The position numbers and the translations under genes are program-made. Positions 38,642-52,100 of a stretch of DNA of 64,000 nt are shown here, one piece after another (within the stretch, counting starts at the first letter, position 1; every line of letters starts with the position of its first letter). The notes under the pieces are model-generated. The model saw only the letters and a list, made by a program, of their open reading frames with translations, made no database searches and was not told where the DNA came from. Source of the DNA: Tubulanus polymorphus (taxonomy: Eukaryota; Animalia; Nemertea). Location of the stretch: NCBI RefSeq assembly GCF_964204645.1, contig NC_134026.1, positions 4,797,950 through 4,861,949 of the forward strand. Reading direction: 5' to 3'.

Positions 38642-41379
38642 TTATTGCAATGGCTGGACTTTGTATTGGAGGAATGGAGCTAGTACTTTGGTCTAAAGGT
38701 GATGGTTGAATTCACATCAACAGGAGGATGGACATTGCTTCATCGATGACGTGACTACCAATGGGCGGAGTGGAGCTGGAATGACTGGCCATCCTCATCT
38801 ACGGCTGATCAGATCTACACCATAGATCAATTGAAGCGTGAAAATCTGGGCGTAATTGAAACTCGCTATTATTGCACTGATCATACGTGAGCTGCAAATA
38901 TCTATATTCATTGTATCATTGTTTACGACGACGAGGACGAGTCCGGCGGCGCCCGCTACATGGCGGAACGATCGATTATTTATCAGCCTCGGCTTGCGAG
39001 TTTTATCGGGGCTGCGACCTGCTTTGACAGCTTTGATAATTGGACGGATCAAATGCGAACGCGTATTTGTGATCAGTTTTGCGTGGAAGGAGATTTTATC
39101 GGCTCTCATTTTCCACCCACCTGCTTCGCTAGTTGTTTTCGCGTTGGATAAATGATTGTTACGTGTTGTAAACTCGCGGTACGATCCGTTCAATCTGAGT
39201 GTGTCTGTTGATTTAAAAAGCTTCCTCACGGGGTAAATGCCCGATGAAGATGTACGTTTTTTACGACCGCGATGCTAGAATGCAGTTATCGGTCGCTGTA
39301 GATGGAAAAGAAAGAAAATACGAATAGCTTATCGTCACCTTTGTACACAAATCTACGCCGCATGTGGTAACTGATGCAAAGTAATTCATCTTCATAATCG
39401 AATGACACGTTTTTAAGGATCTCGCGGGTGCTTGATTGCATTAGGGAGTTGACGGTAAATAAAGTTGACTCGGAATCTGCATCGATATTGAGTTAGTATT
39501 TACGTGATGAGGCGTACGACGATATGACAATAATTGAACGCCGATAGTCGCTGCTGCCGCCGTATATCATTTCATATTTGGCGTGAGAGCAAAACCTGCT
39601 GGTGTCAATACCAAGCTGTCCGTATTCGGACCTGATTCCGTTCTGCGCAAACAGTAATTTGGAACGAACACTTTGTGTAGTCGACTGTCTGCTGTTTGAA
39701 TTAAGCCGCACTGGTTCTTTAATTAACTAAGCAGAATGAAGACACGTCATGAAGCTTCATCAAAGAGAAATAATATGCCAAATTAGAAAAATGTTCCAGA
39801 AGCATTTCAAAGGTTCTGCGTTACAGACTTTTGACATTTAAGTTAAAAAAGAGATGAAGCAATTATGATGGATTGAATTGAATACAAGCTACGCCTTTGA
39901 ATTGTCGCTAATAGTTAAAAGAAATCAGAAAACTTAATTGACTCGCCTGAGCCAAAATGTTTACCATAAGATGAAAAGGATCTCTTGGAAATTCGGCACA
40001 TCGGTCAAGCTGGAGAATAATCTACCTGATGTAATCTAATATCCCCTCAAGGAAAGGCAACAATGTGGAAATTTCGCAAAACTATCCGGCTACGTACCGG
40101 GAGTGTTTGCTCTCGAACGAGAGTGTCAACATCGCTACAACTGTTCTTGTGCAGCACTACGGAGATATAACAAGATCGAGAAACTTGCGAACTGTTGTAA
40201 AGTGATGTATCGCGAGATTACCCAGAGCGACGAGCTAAACCAATTTTCAATTCGTGATGAGCTTAAATTTTCCTAATGATTTCGCGAATGCGAATGATAA
40301 TATCGAGGCGAAGTTATTCATCGATCTCGATACAATTGGTAATTTGATCGATATTACGAAAGTTAACTTTGCGTTAGGGAAATTGGCTTAAATCGGTGTT
40401 AACAAAACGCGCTAAAGTGCTGCGGTTTTACACCTGAAAATTGCGTATTCAATTCGAACATTGTCGTCGTCGTGTATCGCGATCTACCTGAACAAGCGCG
40501 TTATGCATAATCCAATCAGTCGTAGAAAATTGGCTAATTTTATCTCGTCGGCAACATTGCCGGGTCCGCGCAAATCGTTGAATTCAGATCGGCGCGTCGA
40601 TCTGATCGCGCGTTCCGAACATCGCAACTCGATTTCAACCGAATTATCAGCTGTATGCAGAAAACGTCGGGCAAAATAGCGGCGTCTTGTCGCATTCACG
40701 CTCAATAAAGCAAGGACGTTTCAAGTCTAATTGAACGCGCTCGTGTCAAAGTAAGGTTACATACATCCGTGATCGCAGTGCAAATTTCCGTCTTACTCGT
40801 CATCGCCATGTGGTCCGTCTGTTAGGCCGTCAAAAGATGAGCCTCGTTGCGTCATCAATGATTGAAAAAAATATCCCTGCATCATCATCGTCATCATCAA
40901 AGTCTATTCATTTCATCAACTCGTGGTTGAAATATCGCGTGATCGATTTCGTCGCGTCGTTAGAAACCTCTTCGTTGTCGTTTCCAAACTGACAATCATG
41001 CTTGTGCGGCTTTATTTTGACGGTTTGCTGATTAAGCACTTGTGTCGGGAAAAATGTGTCATCACGTGCGTGAAAATGACACAATGTTCGTGTATGATTT
41101 TGCGGCGTATTAAGAAAAAACTCTGATCTGATCCGATCATCTGAGATTCGGTCTTAGGAAAACTCGTATCACATCGCGAGGTTGAGTCTCCAATTCATCC
41201 AGGACTCGCTTGTTGCATCTCGGCTACAGTCAGGTCACCTGAGATCCACGATCATTTTGAACCGACCGCTTAAGTCATTTGGTGTGTACATCGCTGTACA
41301 TTGGCTACGACCTTACGATCGGTCATAAGTGCACTCATGTTGCAAAAATCAGCGACTTCTTCCCGATACCTTATAACCC

Positions 41380-41635
41380 AACAATTGAGTCGTATCTGAT
41401 GCTAGGTTTGGAACAATTGGGTCGCATCTTATGCTTGGGTTTGAACAATTGGGTCGTATCTTATGCTTGGGTTGGAACAATTGGGTCGCATCTAATGCTT
41501 GGGTTGGAACAATTGGGTCGCATCTTATGCTTGGGTTGGAACAATTGGGTCGCATCTTATGCTTGGGTTTGAACAATTGGGTTGTATCTTATGCTGGGGT
41601 TGGAACAATTGGGTCACATCTTATGCTTGGGTTGG
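41380..41635. repeat. Minisatellite, 8 x 32 bp
   Basis: Consensus AACAATTGGGTCGCATCTTATGCTTGGGTTGG, head-to-tail with no spacers. Confidence 0.97.
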
Positions 41636-42167
41636 CGGTGGCTACCTGATTTTAGAAGGCCATGCGATCGGGCATGCGACTAACTTCTAGCAAGGTCTCA
41701 TTATGAAGCAACTCGTTTCAACAGAAACTTGAGTTGGAAGAATGAAATTAATGAAGATACTCGATATCGTCTCTGTTATTTTACCTCGCCTGATATTTAA
41801 GTAAATGTGACTGCATAAGGTTTTTAATGATTGTCGAGTGGACTACAGAATGAGGCGTAGCTTTTATCTGCTAGGTTGTAGCTGTCAAACAACGTAATTT
41901 TCAACTGTTGGATTAATTCCGTTTTTGCTGATCACGTTTCATTCTCTTGTCAACGCGAGAGTGCTTGCGGGCATCTTAACTTCATCAACGCAACAACAGT
42001 TAATTAACTTCGCCGTGAAAAGCTAATATTTCTAATTTCATCCCTATTGATTATAGCTGTAATATCTCAATTTTCGAGTCGAACCGGAGTCTCATCTGAA
42101 TACAACGTAAACAAATCTGATTGGGGATGATGTGGACAAATCTGCCGGATCTGAGGCCCAAGTCGAA

Positions 42168-42414
42168 CAGGATGGCCGCTGACGTGGAAAACTCAGGAAA
42201 TCAGAAAAATCTAGAAAAAATCAGGGAAAACTTGGAAAACTTGTATAAATCTATTGACCACATGTTTCTTTATGAATACGTGATTCAATGAAAAATGAAT
42301 GAATTATAACATTTTAAACATAGAAATTTTTCTGATTAACTTGCGGGGAATTTTGCATAATCAGATGTCAGGGAAAACTCGGGATTTGAAAATGGGAGGA
42401 AAGTGGTCACCCTG
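42168..42414. mobile_element. hAT-like MITE, copy 1 (CAGGGTGGCCAC-type TIR)
   Basis: CAGGATGGCCGC ... GTGGTCACCCTG with internal TCAGG(G)AAA repeats. Flanks TCGAA and TTGAA. Confidence 0.7.
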
Positions 42415-44292
42415 TTGAACCGCTGCGCAGAAACAAACACCGGGCATGGATTATGTAGGATTTTAGGCTTTGACATTCTTGGCGTTGGCACCGGAAAAAA
42501 GATGACAGAGTATGAAAATTCGGTTACGCCGTGAATAATCCTCGCGTCTGGCGCAATCATCCATGAGCAATAATTCAGTAATCAACAGCTTGTCACCGGC
42601 GTAATCGAGAATATGATGACCACCTTCCAGGAAGTGTATGGGCATCATCTGTAAATTTATATGATCAAAAAGAGCATCATCATCATCCGACGTACATTAT
42701 GGCATTGCTGGAGATTTTTATGGATCAGTTTAGTGACTTATAACTATTGGTGATGCCAAACTAGTCACCGGGATACCCATCTTCAATTTCACTCATCAAC
42801 TTCAATGATGAAGTGCCCAAATCCATGATTTCCAAATTTTGATTCGAAATTCTGCCCGTAAAGTTACATAATTGCGTATTACCAAAAATACATTAAGAAG
42901 ATATTTTTGGTATTACTTGACGTCATTTAATAGTTGCTTCAGTCTAGATCAATCCTTTTTAAATGAATTAGCTGTATGGAAAGCTTTTACACCTCTTACC
43001 ACTAATATTCAATGTTTGAGGTCAATATTCGCTGAATATTTTCGTAATTGGCCGCGATCGTGCGGCGTATAAAGACTTATCGCGTGATAGAGAACTCGCA
43101 AGAATTAGCCGGCGATTTTCTCATTTCCACCAGGTACATTAGAGAGGAAACATTCGCCTTAACGATTTCATGAAATAAGTCGAACCCGTCGGGACATTAC
43201 GTTTGTACCTTCTTCTCTAGCGATGGCGTGACAGCAGACGAATGACGAACGGTGAAACGACGCGACAAAGGGAAAAATGTCGTATGCAATATCGATCGCA
43301 GTTCGGCAACGGTTTTGGTGTCATTGCGATTGTTTCGCTTTGAAAGTGTCAGCGCCGGTAAATTGGATTCGCTAAATATTTTCACCGCGGTCATCGTCTT
43401 GCCGTAACAGGCAATTCATTAAATGAAATGTCAGCCACGTCATTTATCGTATCAGATTTGTAATAATGCGGCGACCGACCGCGATACGGCCGGCGTTATT
43501 GGCGTAAACAATAGGATGTCGTAGTCGTCGTCATCGTAAGCTGCGCTTCGCGGTGCCACGTCGCGGCGTCGCTTTATGAAAATCTCGTTTTGATTTGCCG
43601 GCGATCTCCGAGGGGTTGGAATACGCCGAGAAAAACTGCGGGACGCGTCCGCCGGGAATCGTCGTCAATGTTACGATCAGGTCGTGTATGCAACGCGCGT
43701 AATATCTCTGTTGGCTTATTTCGCGCAGTATATCGTCTCTCTCGTGTAAACTAGAAAAATGACCGTCCATTCCTCTGATTTATTCGTTTTCGCATCCAGG
43801 TGATGGATAAGCTATCCCCCACGCGACCTTGACCTAATCTTGTCCAGTAACTGGTCAGTTGTAAAGCGGTGGTGGTATTTTATTAGATATTTACATCTAT
43901 ACGCGAGATCGCGCTTGCGTAATCTGTAATCGCTGCAGAAATGATGAACATTGCTTTATATTCCGGTTTAACACCACTTCCCCTGTCCCCCGAAACGAGA
44001 CACAACCGGAATTTCCATAATTGCGAATTCCGCATAAATAATTCATTTGCCGGGTGTGATATTGTAACGACTGTTTGCTGAAGTTAATATCAACATCGAA
44101 AATAATGATCGCGTTGAAAAAACTACAAATGGCTTCCGCCTGCATCAAAGCATCCAAGCGAGCATTAAAAAGCCAGGATCCAGTCTTAAGTCTAATGAAC
44201 ACACTGTACATCCATCTTCCCCTACCTTGCAAACAAGATTTTTGCTTTTTTGACCCGGGCCGACCATCCATGCTGGTGTTCCTCCTTGACAC

Positions 44293-44440
44293 TGCCCAAA
44301 TTTAGCCCAACCAAAAACCACGGACCAGGTTCGTACCAGGTTCGTACCAAATTGTAGCATGGGTCAAATTAATGGACTGAAATCAAAATCTCGAATTGTT
44401 TCCGGAAGTGACTCACTTCTTAGTAGCCCCGGGCCAAATT
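44293..44440 (-). mobile_element. MITE family H, copy 4 (fragment)
   Basis: GCCCAAATTTAGCCCAACCAAAAAC...GGACCAGG...TTCCGGAAGTGACTCACTTC...CCCGGGCCAAATT. Confidence 0.7.
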
Positions 44441-45130
44441 ATCTCTTTAGTTTGCAACTTGAGTTACTATTGGACAGCTGGGGCCAAGAAATCTTATGGC
44501 TTAAATTAATAAGAATGTACCAGCTCTTACGAAAAAATATTTCTTGTCACATTTCTGACACAGAATCATCAGGTTCTTATTGAAGAAGTTGCGCGTTTAC
44601 ATGGCCGGTCATCTGACAGACAGGTCCACATGGATCTCATAATCAGTCTGACATACAGCAGCGCTATGAGGTTGATGTTAGGTAACAATTCTGTCATGTC
44701 ATTGCATTCAGGTTCCTTGATAATTTCTCACATGGCTGCTCTACTCAATTAAAATGTCTGCGCTGTCTGCTAGTAGTTTTAATCGAAAATCAGCATATTA
44801 CTCACCGATGGCGATTTATAGTAATGAGTTGATGTTTGCTGAACGCAATGTTTGACTTGTTATAAGCGTTGTTTGGTTTTCTCAGTTTGTCAGGCATTGT
44901 TGTAGTTGGGTACCTGCGGGAGATCTCGAGGTGTTGGGTCATCATCATAATTAATGATTCATTTCATTTCAAATTACGTTGGAGTTATAACTGAACTTGC
45001 ATGTAGTATGCCTACACAAAGTTGCAGCGTTTCCTGCCCAAGATGCTAATTTTGATTGGTTGAAATAAAAAGATTTAGGTCGTCATCTTATACAAATACA
45101 CAATGAATCTGTGATCTGGGGACAATGACT

Positions 45131-45450
45131 AAAGCCCAATAATGCAAACAACACAGAGAAACACTGAAACACAAACAGGGAATCAAAGACATTTGATCTC
45201 GGAAACACTCCCTGAAATCATGTTTCTTGTTTTTTTACAAAGCCCAATGCATGCAACAGGGAAACATGGAAACAGGAGACATAAACATTTTTTCTGAGCA
45301 TTTCCCCATATCATTTGTATTTATGAGAAACATGAAACATGGTTTCATGAAACTTTAACCTAAGCTTTAATGCACTTGTTGCAGGGAAATGCTCAGAAAC
45401 ATGTTTCTGTCACCTGTTTCCGTGTTTTCCTGTGTCATCTGCTTAAGGCT
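45131..45450. mobile_element. GAAACA-rich foldback MITE (45241-45450) preceded by a truncated sister copy
   Basis: AGCCCAATGCA..ACAGGGAAACATGGAAACAGGAGACATAAACAT..TCTGAGCATTTCCC pairs with GGGAAATGCTCAGAAACATGTTTCTGTCACCTGTTTCCGTGTTTTCCTGT..TGC..AGGCT|TTA. A similar start, AAAGCCCAAT, occurs at about 45131. Confidence 0.75.
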
Positions 45451-46634
45451 TTACAAGTAAGAGGTATGAATGGGGTGGGTCATGGCCGCCGCTGCTGCTG
45501 CTGCTGTAGTCAGATATTGACGCAGTATTTGCCAGTGCTACTTCCCCCTACGCATTTGATCTGCGATGTTGTGACTGATTGAATTTTCGTTGATGCTGAT
45601 GAAATAGACGCAGCTTAGCTGCTTGATATGCAGGGTAGCAGTACGGACCTTTAATAGAACAATCACTGATTCTAGTATTTCTGACTATGACATACGATAT
45701 CCTGTCTGCTTATGTCGTCTTAGAAGAAGGGGTGACCAACTCGTCCACCTCAGTTGCCCATTCGTTTGCCCTATAAACCGAAACCAAAAGTAATGGCTTG
45801 ATTGGGACCAAAATACAATCCTTCATCACCTGATATTGGTTTCCGATATACTGGTAGATACATATTTAATGCCTGTCTGAAAAACTATTTTCGTTACTGA
45901 CAATGTGATGTATATAGTTGAACGATATATCTATTGTACGATGAATTATTAAAGATGATGATTTCCCCGAAAATTTGGTGAAATACTTGTCTGGAAGTGA
46001 GAGACGCTTATGAAATATTAAACACCCACGTTAGACATAACCGTGTTGAGTGTTATATAATATATGTGATCTGAATTTTCTAATAAGATCTCGAGTACGG
46101 GTGGAAAGTAGCTGAAAGTGAAAAGTCAACTGGTTCTCAACAGCCACTTTCTATCGCTACCTTGTGCTGCACGAACATTTGGCAGGAATACGTAATGCGC
46201 TAAGAGCAATGGAAGTGAAACTATCTGAAATTCTAAATCTTACGGTTAATATATAAAAAGACTTGTCACATGAAGTCGAAGTCATGAAGTCAAAGTCTTA
46301 GCCAATAGATGAGTAATTTGATGTTTGTCAAGTTTAGTGACCTCATTGATGTTTTGCAAAATATCTATATGGACAGATATGTCGATGATGGAAAAAAATG
46401 CACAAGATGTCATCTTTAATGGCAATTGGCTCGGTGAAGAGGTGCTCGTATGGATGTTAGGAAATAGGGTTATTGAAGTCGAGGATAAGAGGAACTTGTA
46501 TTTCGCTGTACCATAGCTAGCCAGTAAACTAGATCATGAAGTGTTCTCTTGGTGTATCATACATCATTATTTAATATGATAATATATGTCATCATTGAGA
46601 ATACATTTACTGATTATCATCAAAGGTCTTTAGA

Positions 46635-46896
46635 CAGGGCGGCCACCTACCTGGAGATCAGGGAATAGTCCGGAAATTTTCTTTTCTTGAAACAAGTCGG
46701 GATTTAGTATAAAACTAAGCTTAAGAGGAAAAGTCGAGGAAATCTTTTGAGATCATGAATAAAAGTTTCTGTGTATGTTTTACATATTTGACTGTGCTTG
46801 TTGATTAGATTCAATCTTAGTAGATCAAGTCAGGGAAAACAATGTGCATGTCAGGGAATAGTCATGGAAAAAGCATGTCTGAAAGTGACCACCCTC
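46635..46896. mobile_element. hAT-like MITE, copy 2 (related to 42168-42414)
   Basis: CAGGGCGGCCAC ... GTGACCACCCTC with internal TCAGGGAA repeats. Flanks TTAGA and ATAGA. Confidence 0.7.
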
Positions 46897-48522
46897 ATAG
46901 ACTCTGTGCACGATTATCTAAAGTGAAGTGATGATATGATAGATTTTGAAATATCTTGAACCAAAATGATATTGCCTAATGATCAAAATTGGGGATCATC
47001 ATGTACAGATCAGTGAACTATAGGGATTTTACTATTTATGAAGGTATAGCACATGTAATTGAAAATTCTATGATTGGGATAGGGGAAGGCTTAGCTGCTT
47101 TGAAAAACGCATCTCTGCAGGCTGTGTTCAAACTTATTCGATCCGTAGACATTAAGATTACATTGTTTAAAGTATAATGTATAAAGACATCGAGGCTACA
47201 TTCTATTTCATAGCTATATATGTATGAAAGGATAAAAGTTTCTGATGAAAATAATTACGACTTACCTTCATCACTAGGGTTCAATCTTCCGCGTATCATT
47301 CGCCCCTGAATTGACAGACATATATCAGGATGTTAGTTTTCTAGTTGCGAAAACGACGCATTCGTCATCGCTTTATTTCACGATGAAATGTCAACAGCTC
47401 GTCGCGGCGAATTGTTTCGATTAATAATTAATTCGTCGTTTGAATTTGACGAAGCGTCCGTCCGTGCCCTCGCACGCGCGCGCGCATCCACGTGTGTACA
47501 CATGCTCTTAAACTACTCGCACGCGCCACGGCTGCTAGAACTGCTTTCGCGTCGTCCGTGTACTTTTGGAGTGTAGAAGACGACATCTTTCTCATCTCTG
47601 CAAAGAGACGTTTTGCCGCAAAACGCTGGAAATTGTCACCTTGATTTGATTCAGCGCGAGAATACTACTACATCGGCTAGACAAAAGCGTCGACAACGGT
47701 TACCCCTCTGGAAAACCAGCGTTGGTGGTGTCGTTTGATTGGCCTATCGCAGTTTCTAAGCTCGTTAATATTCATAAGCTGGCATGTGTGATGGAGTCTG
47801 GCAACATTTCGTGTGTCGGTTAGCGCAGTTATGAGAACGGTTGTTCTATCATACCGGATAAAGTTATATCAATTAACGTGTATTCGATGATTTTGACCAT
47901 TGGTTGGTATTTGAGTCCGGATTTAGGTCGGGTTTAACTCGTGTTGATTGCGGAAACCGGTATTCTATTCACGCGCGTGTGTATGTATGATAGCTATATA
48001 ACCTAATAGTTCAGAGCCTGAGAGTTTACTACTCTGTAATACTGTTGCTCTATACCTCAGCAACTAGGAATATCTACATCACCGAGTCAGTCTACAGATG
48101 TTGTTCTGTAAGACGAGAACTCAACGGAAAACCGTTGGATGCTGAGTTAGTTAGTTTCATTGTTGCGGTTGATCTATCGGGAGTCATATACGGGAGTCAT
48201 ACGCGTCGGGCGGTCGTGCAGATATAACTTAACACTGTGATCGATTCCGATACTGAAATAATTGGCGCGCCGATTTTTTGGGATCTATCGTAACTGTTAT
48301 CGGCGTTTTTCTAAACCTAGCGATTGAATATCGGGATTTTACGTGTGATAGTGATATCTCCTGCGGACTGGTCAAACGAGGAGGAATAAAGAAAAGAACT
48401 TTTTTCCGATAGAAATATTGATATAAATTGGTCAACAGGAGCGCGGTAATGTAAACGAACGTGTTTTGATGTTTGTGTTTTCATTTTATCATTGTATTTA
48501 GGCTTCTTGATCTAAAACTACA

Positions 48523-48595
48523 ATGGCAATGCTGTCTGTAGGCATGTTACTCCTACCATTTGTCTTGTTGATGGTCAAGACAACCCAAGCAGTCG
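48523..48595 (+). CDS. First coding exon (exon 48502-48595): N-terminal signal peptide of an unidentified secreted or membrane protein
   Basis: Acceptor TTTTCATTTTATCATTGTATTTAG|, in-frame upstream TGA (48508-48510) and Kozak ACAATGG. Translation MAMLSVGMLLLPFVLLMVKTTQAV has a hydrophobic core and a T-Q-A cleavage motif. Phase-1 donor TCG|GTAAGT. Confidence 0.8.
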
Positions 48596-49099
48596 GTAAG
48601 TGTTGAGCTACTTTTTTTCTTCTCAGTCCAGCATGAAGACGGTTATGACAGGTTATTTACTCAAAATAAGTGATTCTGCAATTATGGTTAATAGATATAT
48701 GAAAAGTACCAAGCATTGATCGCTATATAAAAGATTGATTTTTATCCTTTATCATATTTTCTTCTCTATCAGTTGGCACATTTTGTTGAACAAAGATATC
48801 ATAAGCTATAATTGCAGGATTTTTAAACTACATTAAACATTCCCAAAATATGTCTGAATGTATTTATTGATCATGTATGTGGCATTATAATCTTCGTTAT
48901 ATGCTTTATTGTTCGGCGTTGATTTCAGTATATATAAATCTTTTGCGATTTTCAGGAAAAAAAATAACTCAAATTCCTTACGTATGTGTACTGTCTGGTG
49001 TCGTCTATTTAGGTGGAATGCCGATTTTTTTCAGTGAGAAAATCTGGTTCATATTTAGAACCGTGAATGAGAACGTCTATATTTTTTTCTCCTTAATAG

Positions 49100-49120
49100 C
49101 AGTATCGTCAAGAGGTCCCT
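49100..49120 (+). CDS. Candidate 21-nt frame-preserving microexon (AVSSRGP), or 18 nt via a tandem NAGNAG acceptor
   Basis: TTTTTTTCTCCTTAATAG|CAG acceptor and CCT|GTAAGA donor. Phase 1/1 and open in the signal-peptide frame. Confidence 0.35.
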
Positions 49121-52100
49121 GTAAGAGCACTGACTGGAATGACAAATTTCAACCAAAAGATGTATTGTTTGCCATACTTGAACTGTGAACTTCTTATGCA
49201 ATATTTTTTTTCAAGAATTGGAACGCTGTTTGTTTATCTAGGTTTTAGGGCCATTCTGTGTGCTTAGTATATAAACAACGAGATCGGCTTCTCGATAAAG
49301 CTAATTGACTTGAAAACTGCTCCTGTACGTCGTGTTCAATAACCTGCAATCTTTACCTCACCAGCGCTCTATTATATACGGAATGTTATATCAGTGGATT
49401 ATCTCGCCTAGAATAGATCCCCGAGAAACGATTCAAAACACTACTACACAAGATCAGTTTGCAGATTAAAAAAGAACTCCGTAGGCAGACGAAAACCATT
49501 ATCGAGTTTACTCTGGGTGTATATGCGAGATTCCGGCCCTGATGAAAAGTGTGGGAAACAGGCTAACAGTTCCTCACCGGGTTTTATGAAATACTCTATG
49601 TAAACACATTAATACAGGGTTAATCGGGCCTACAGCAGCCGTAGCTTCGCACTGAATTAATGATTATTCCGAAATGAAGATTATCTTTAACCTTTAGGTC
49701 TACAGACGCTGTAAGATGAGAAAAACTATTTCTGTACGCGACTGCTAATTCAAAAAATTAAAAAAATTACTGTTGGTCTTAGCTGATCAAAAGAACGATG
49801 TACCTTCAGAAAGCGTATCTGTATATTGATTTACTATTCTGATTGACATTTAAAGGCATTTGATTTGGTCGTGTACAGGGACATCATGTTACATCCAGAT
49901 GGAAAATAGAAATGACAGAAAATCGAAAACGAAACTGCACGCTCGCTGAAATCGTTAAAATCAAACTTTCTGCGTAGATAGTAATGAAATTTGTTTCGTG
50001 AGCGTAGTCAATATTTGTACCTGTTTAAACTGACTATGCGGCGCTTTCGTTTAATCTCATTTGTGCCGGAAAATGCTTTTTGTCGAAGCTTACTGCCCGT
50101 CCTAGCGAGGCATTTCCGAACCCCGTTTTCAGAAGCCGTATTCGCTGAAAAGTCCATTACCGACTTAAAAACGTAGAGAAGACATCGATGTGTCAACAAA
50201 ACGTCGCCACACATACACACATTGGATACATGTGTCATAGAACAATTCTGGATATGAATTTTGATCCAATATGAGTCGTTGACAGAACGCAGCCATCCAC
50301 AAGGCCTAGCTTTCACGAATTAACACTCGGGGACTCGGCGTTTTTAAAAAGCATTTGTGAAACGAATACTTAATTCCCTAAATTTCCCACAGGCGTAGTT
50401 CGCTTATTTTTGTCCCTCGAAAAGGAATCTGAATAATGAATATATCACCGGTCGTGTCGTTCAGAATCGCTACAGTTCTGATATAATCCTGGGGCTGCTT
50501 TGACCCTTAAAGGAATATTAAAGTATCTGTGCTATAAAACTATTTTGCTTCGTAGCCACCCAATTTAGCCCCTAGGTTAAGCACTTAGCTTAGGCCACCT
50601 TCGATTTCCTAGAGACCAATCCCTCATTTTAATTCAATCTTCTCTAATTTAAGCTAACAGCGACTTATACTCAGTACAATATTGACGTCACCTCAAGTTT
50701 CTCTTCCGTTTCGAGTGCTAACACATGAGTGGATACAGTTTTGAATAATTTAAAACATTCGTTGCATTCATCAATAGTTCGTGAAGATCAGATTTATCGG
50801 ACTGGTTTCGAGTTCAAACTCTCGTTTACGCAATATCACCTCAGAAGATAAAGATAGCTGGAAGGAAACTTTTCATCAGCCGGAATTTTACGCTGACATG
50901 CATTTGCAGTTTATCTACCTATCAATGACCATTAATGGCTGCCGGGGCTGCGGCATACTGGTCATAAAATGGCCGTAATCTTCATTCATGGATCAGAGTT
51001 TTTAATGCGGGATTATGGACAGTGCAGCACAGTCAGAATTAAGTTATAACATCGACTTTAGGCGTATTGATAATTGCTAGCCGGTCTGACCATCTGGTAC
51101 AAAAATTCTCTCGAGATATTAGTACTTAGGCCCCGTTATTGGTTTTTTTGAAGTGTTCTACGAGTCGTAGATGAAAGATCCCCTCAGCTTTGTAAGGTGG
51201 AGTTCTTAGAAAATCGTGCATTGCCGGATCAGGCTGGAAACGTCGACACAATGAAAACAATAACCTTAGGTTTTTGTGTAAATGAATATCTATATAAAAT
51301 GTTCATGTTTATCGCTGGAAGAATGTCTTTCAATACGTCTAAAGTTCCGGAATACATTTTATCGGCGGAAATACTCGGCGAACGACTAAAGGAAATTAGT
51401 TTTGAGTTTCTGAACAAAGACGTGCCCGTGCGGGGCTGCCATTGCTTCGCGTTATCAACTAACTTGTCACCATCTCTTTGAAGGCCACAATATGAAATTC
51501 ATGTCGTTATCTCGAATCATTCGAGATAACTTGCTAAAAACTGGCACCATATCTCGACTGTTTTTCACGGTCCGTACGACTCCTTGATTCCTTAAAAACT
51601 CCTTCAAATCAGAAAAATGCTTGAAAAATGCTTTTCAAGATGCTTTAAACTCCTTTAGTTTGAACAATATGCCCACAACTCCATTAAAACTCCTCAAAAT
51701 TTTTGAGGAATGTGGTAATAAGAAATTGTTATCCAATTTGTAGTTCTAAAGTAGACTATGCCTTAATTGGTATAGTTAGGACCAGGATCTATTTTTTACC
51801 CAATTAGGTGGTTACCAAATTCGAAACTGAGTTTATAGGTAGTGTAAAGGATTAGAATTGGGAAAAACCATCAAAACAGTACCAATGTAGGAGAATACAG
51901 TAATTGGGATGTAAAACTTAGACCTCAAAATTTAGAATTTTCTCCTTGAGAACTCCCTATATCCAGGACTGCGCGATCTGGAGGGATCATGTTTATGGTA
52001 CAGCGTAACATTTGCTGCTGTATGATGAAGAGTGTGTGAATATTCTACGACGCTGGACATGACAGTTATGACAAGACATTATCGCGGAGTTGGAGCTGAA

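Noticed and set aside
41380-41635. CRISPR-like array of 32-bp repeats
   Set aside because: Units are contiguous with no unique spacers, there are no cas genes, and the context is eukaryotic. It is a minisatellite.
41279-41690. Repetitive ORFs (LGLEQLGRILCLGWNNWV...)
   Set aside because: These are translations of the 32-bp tandem repeat in several frames and on both strands.
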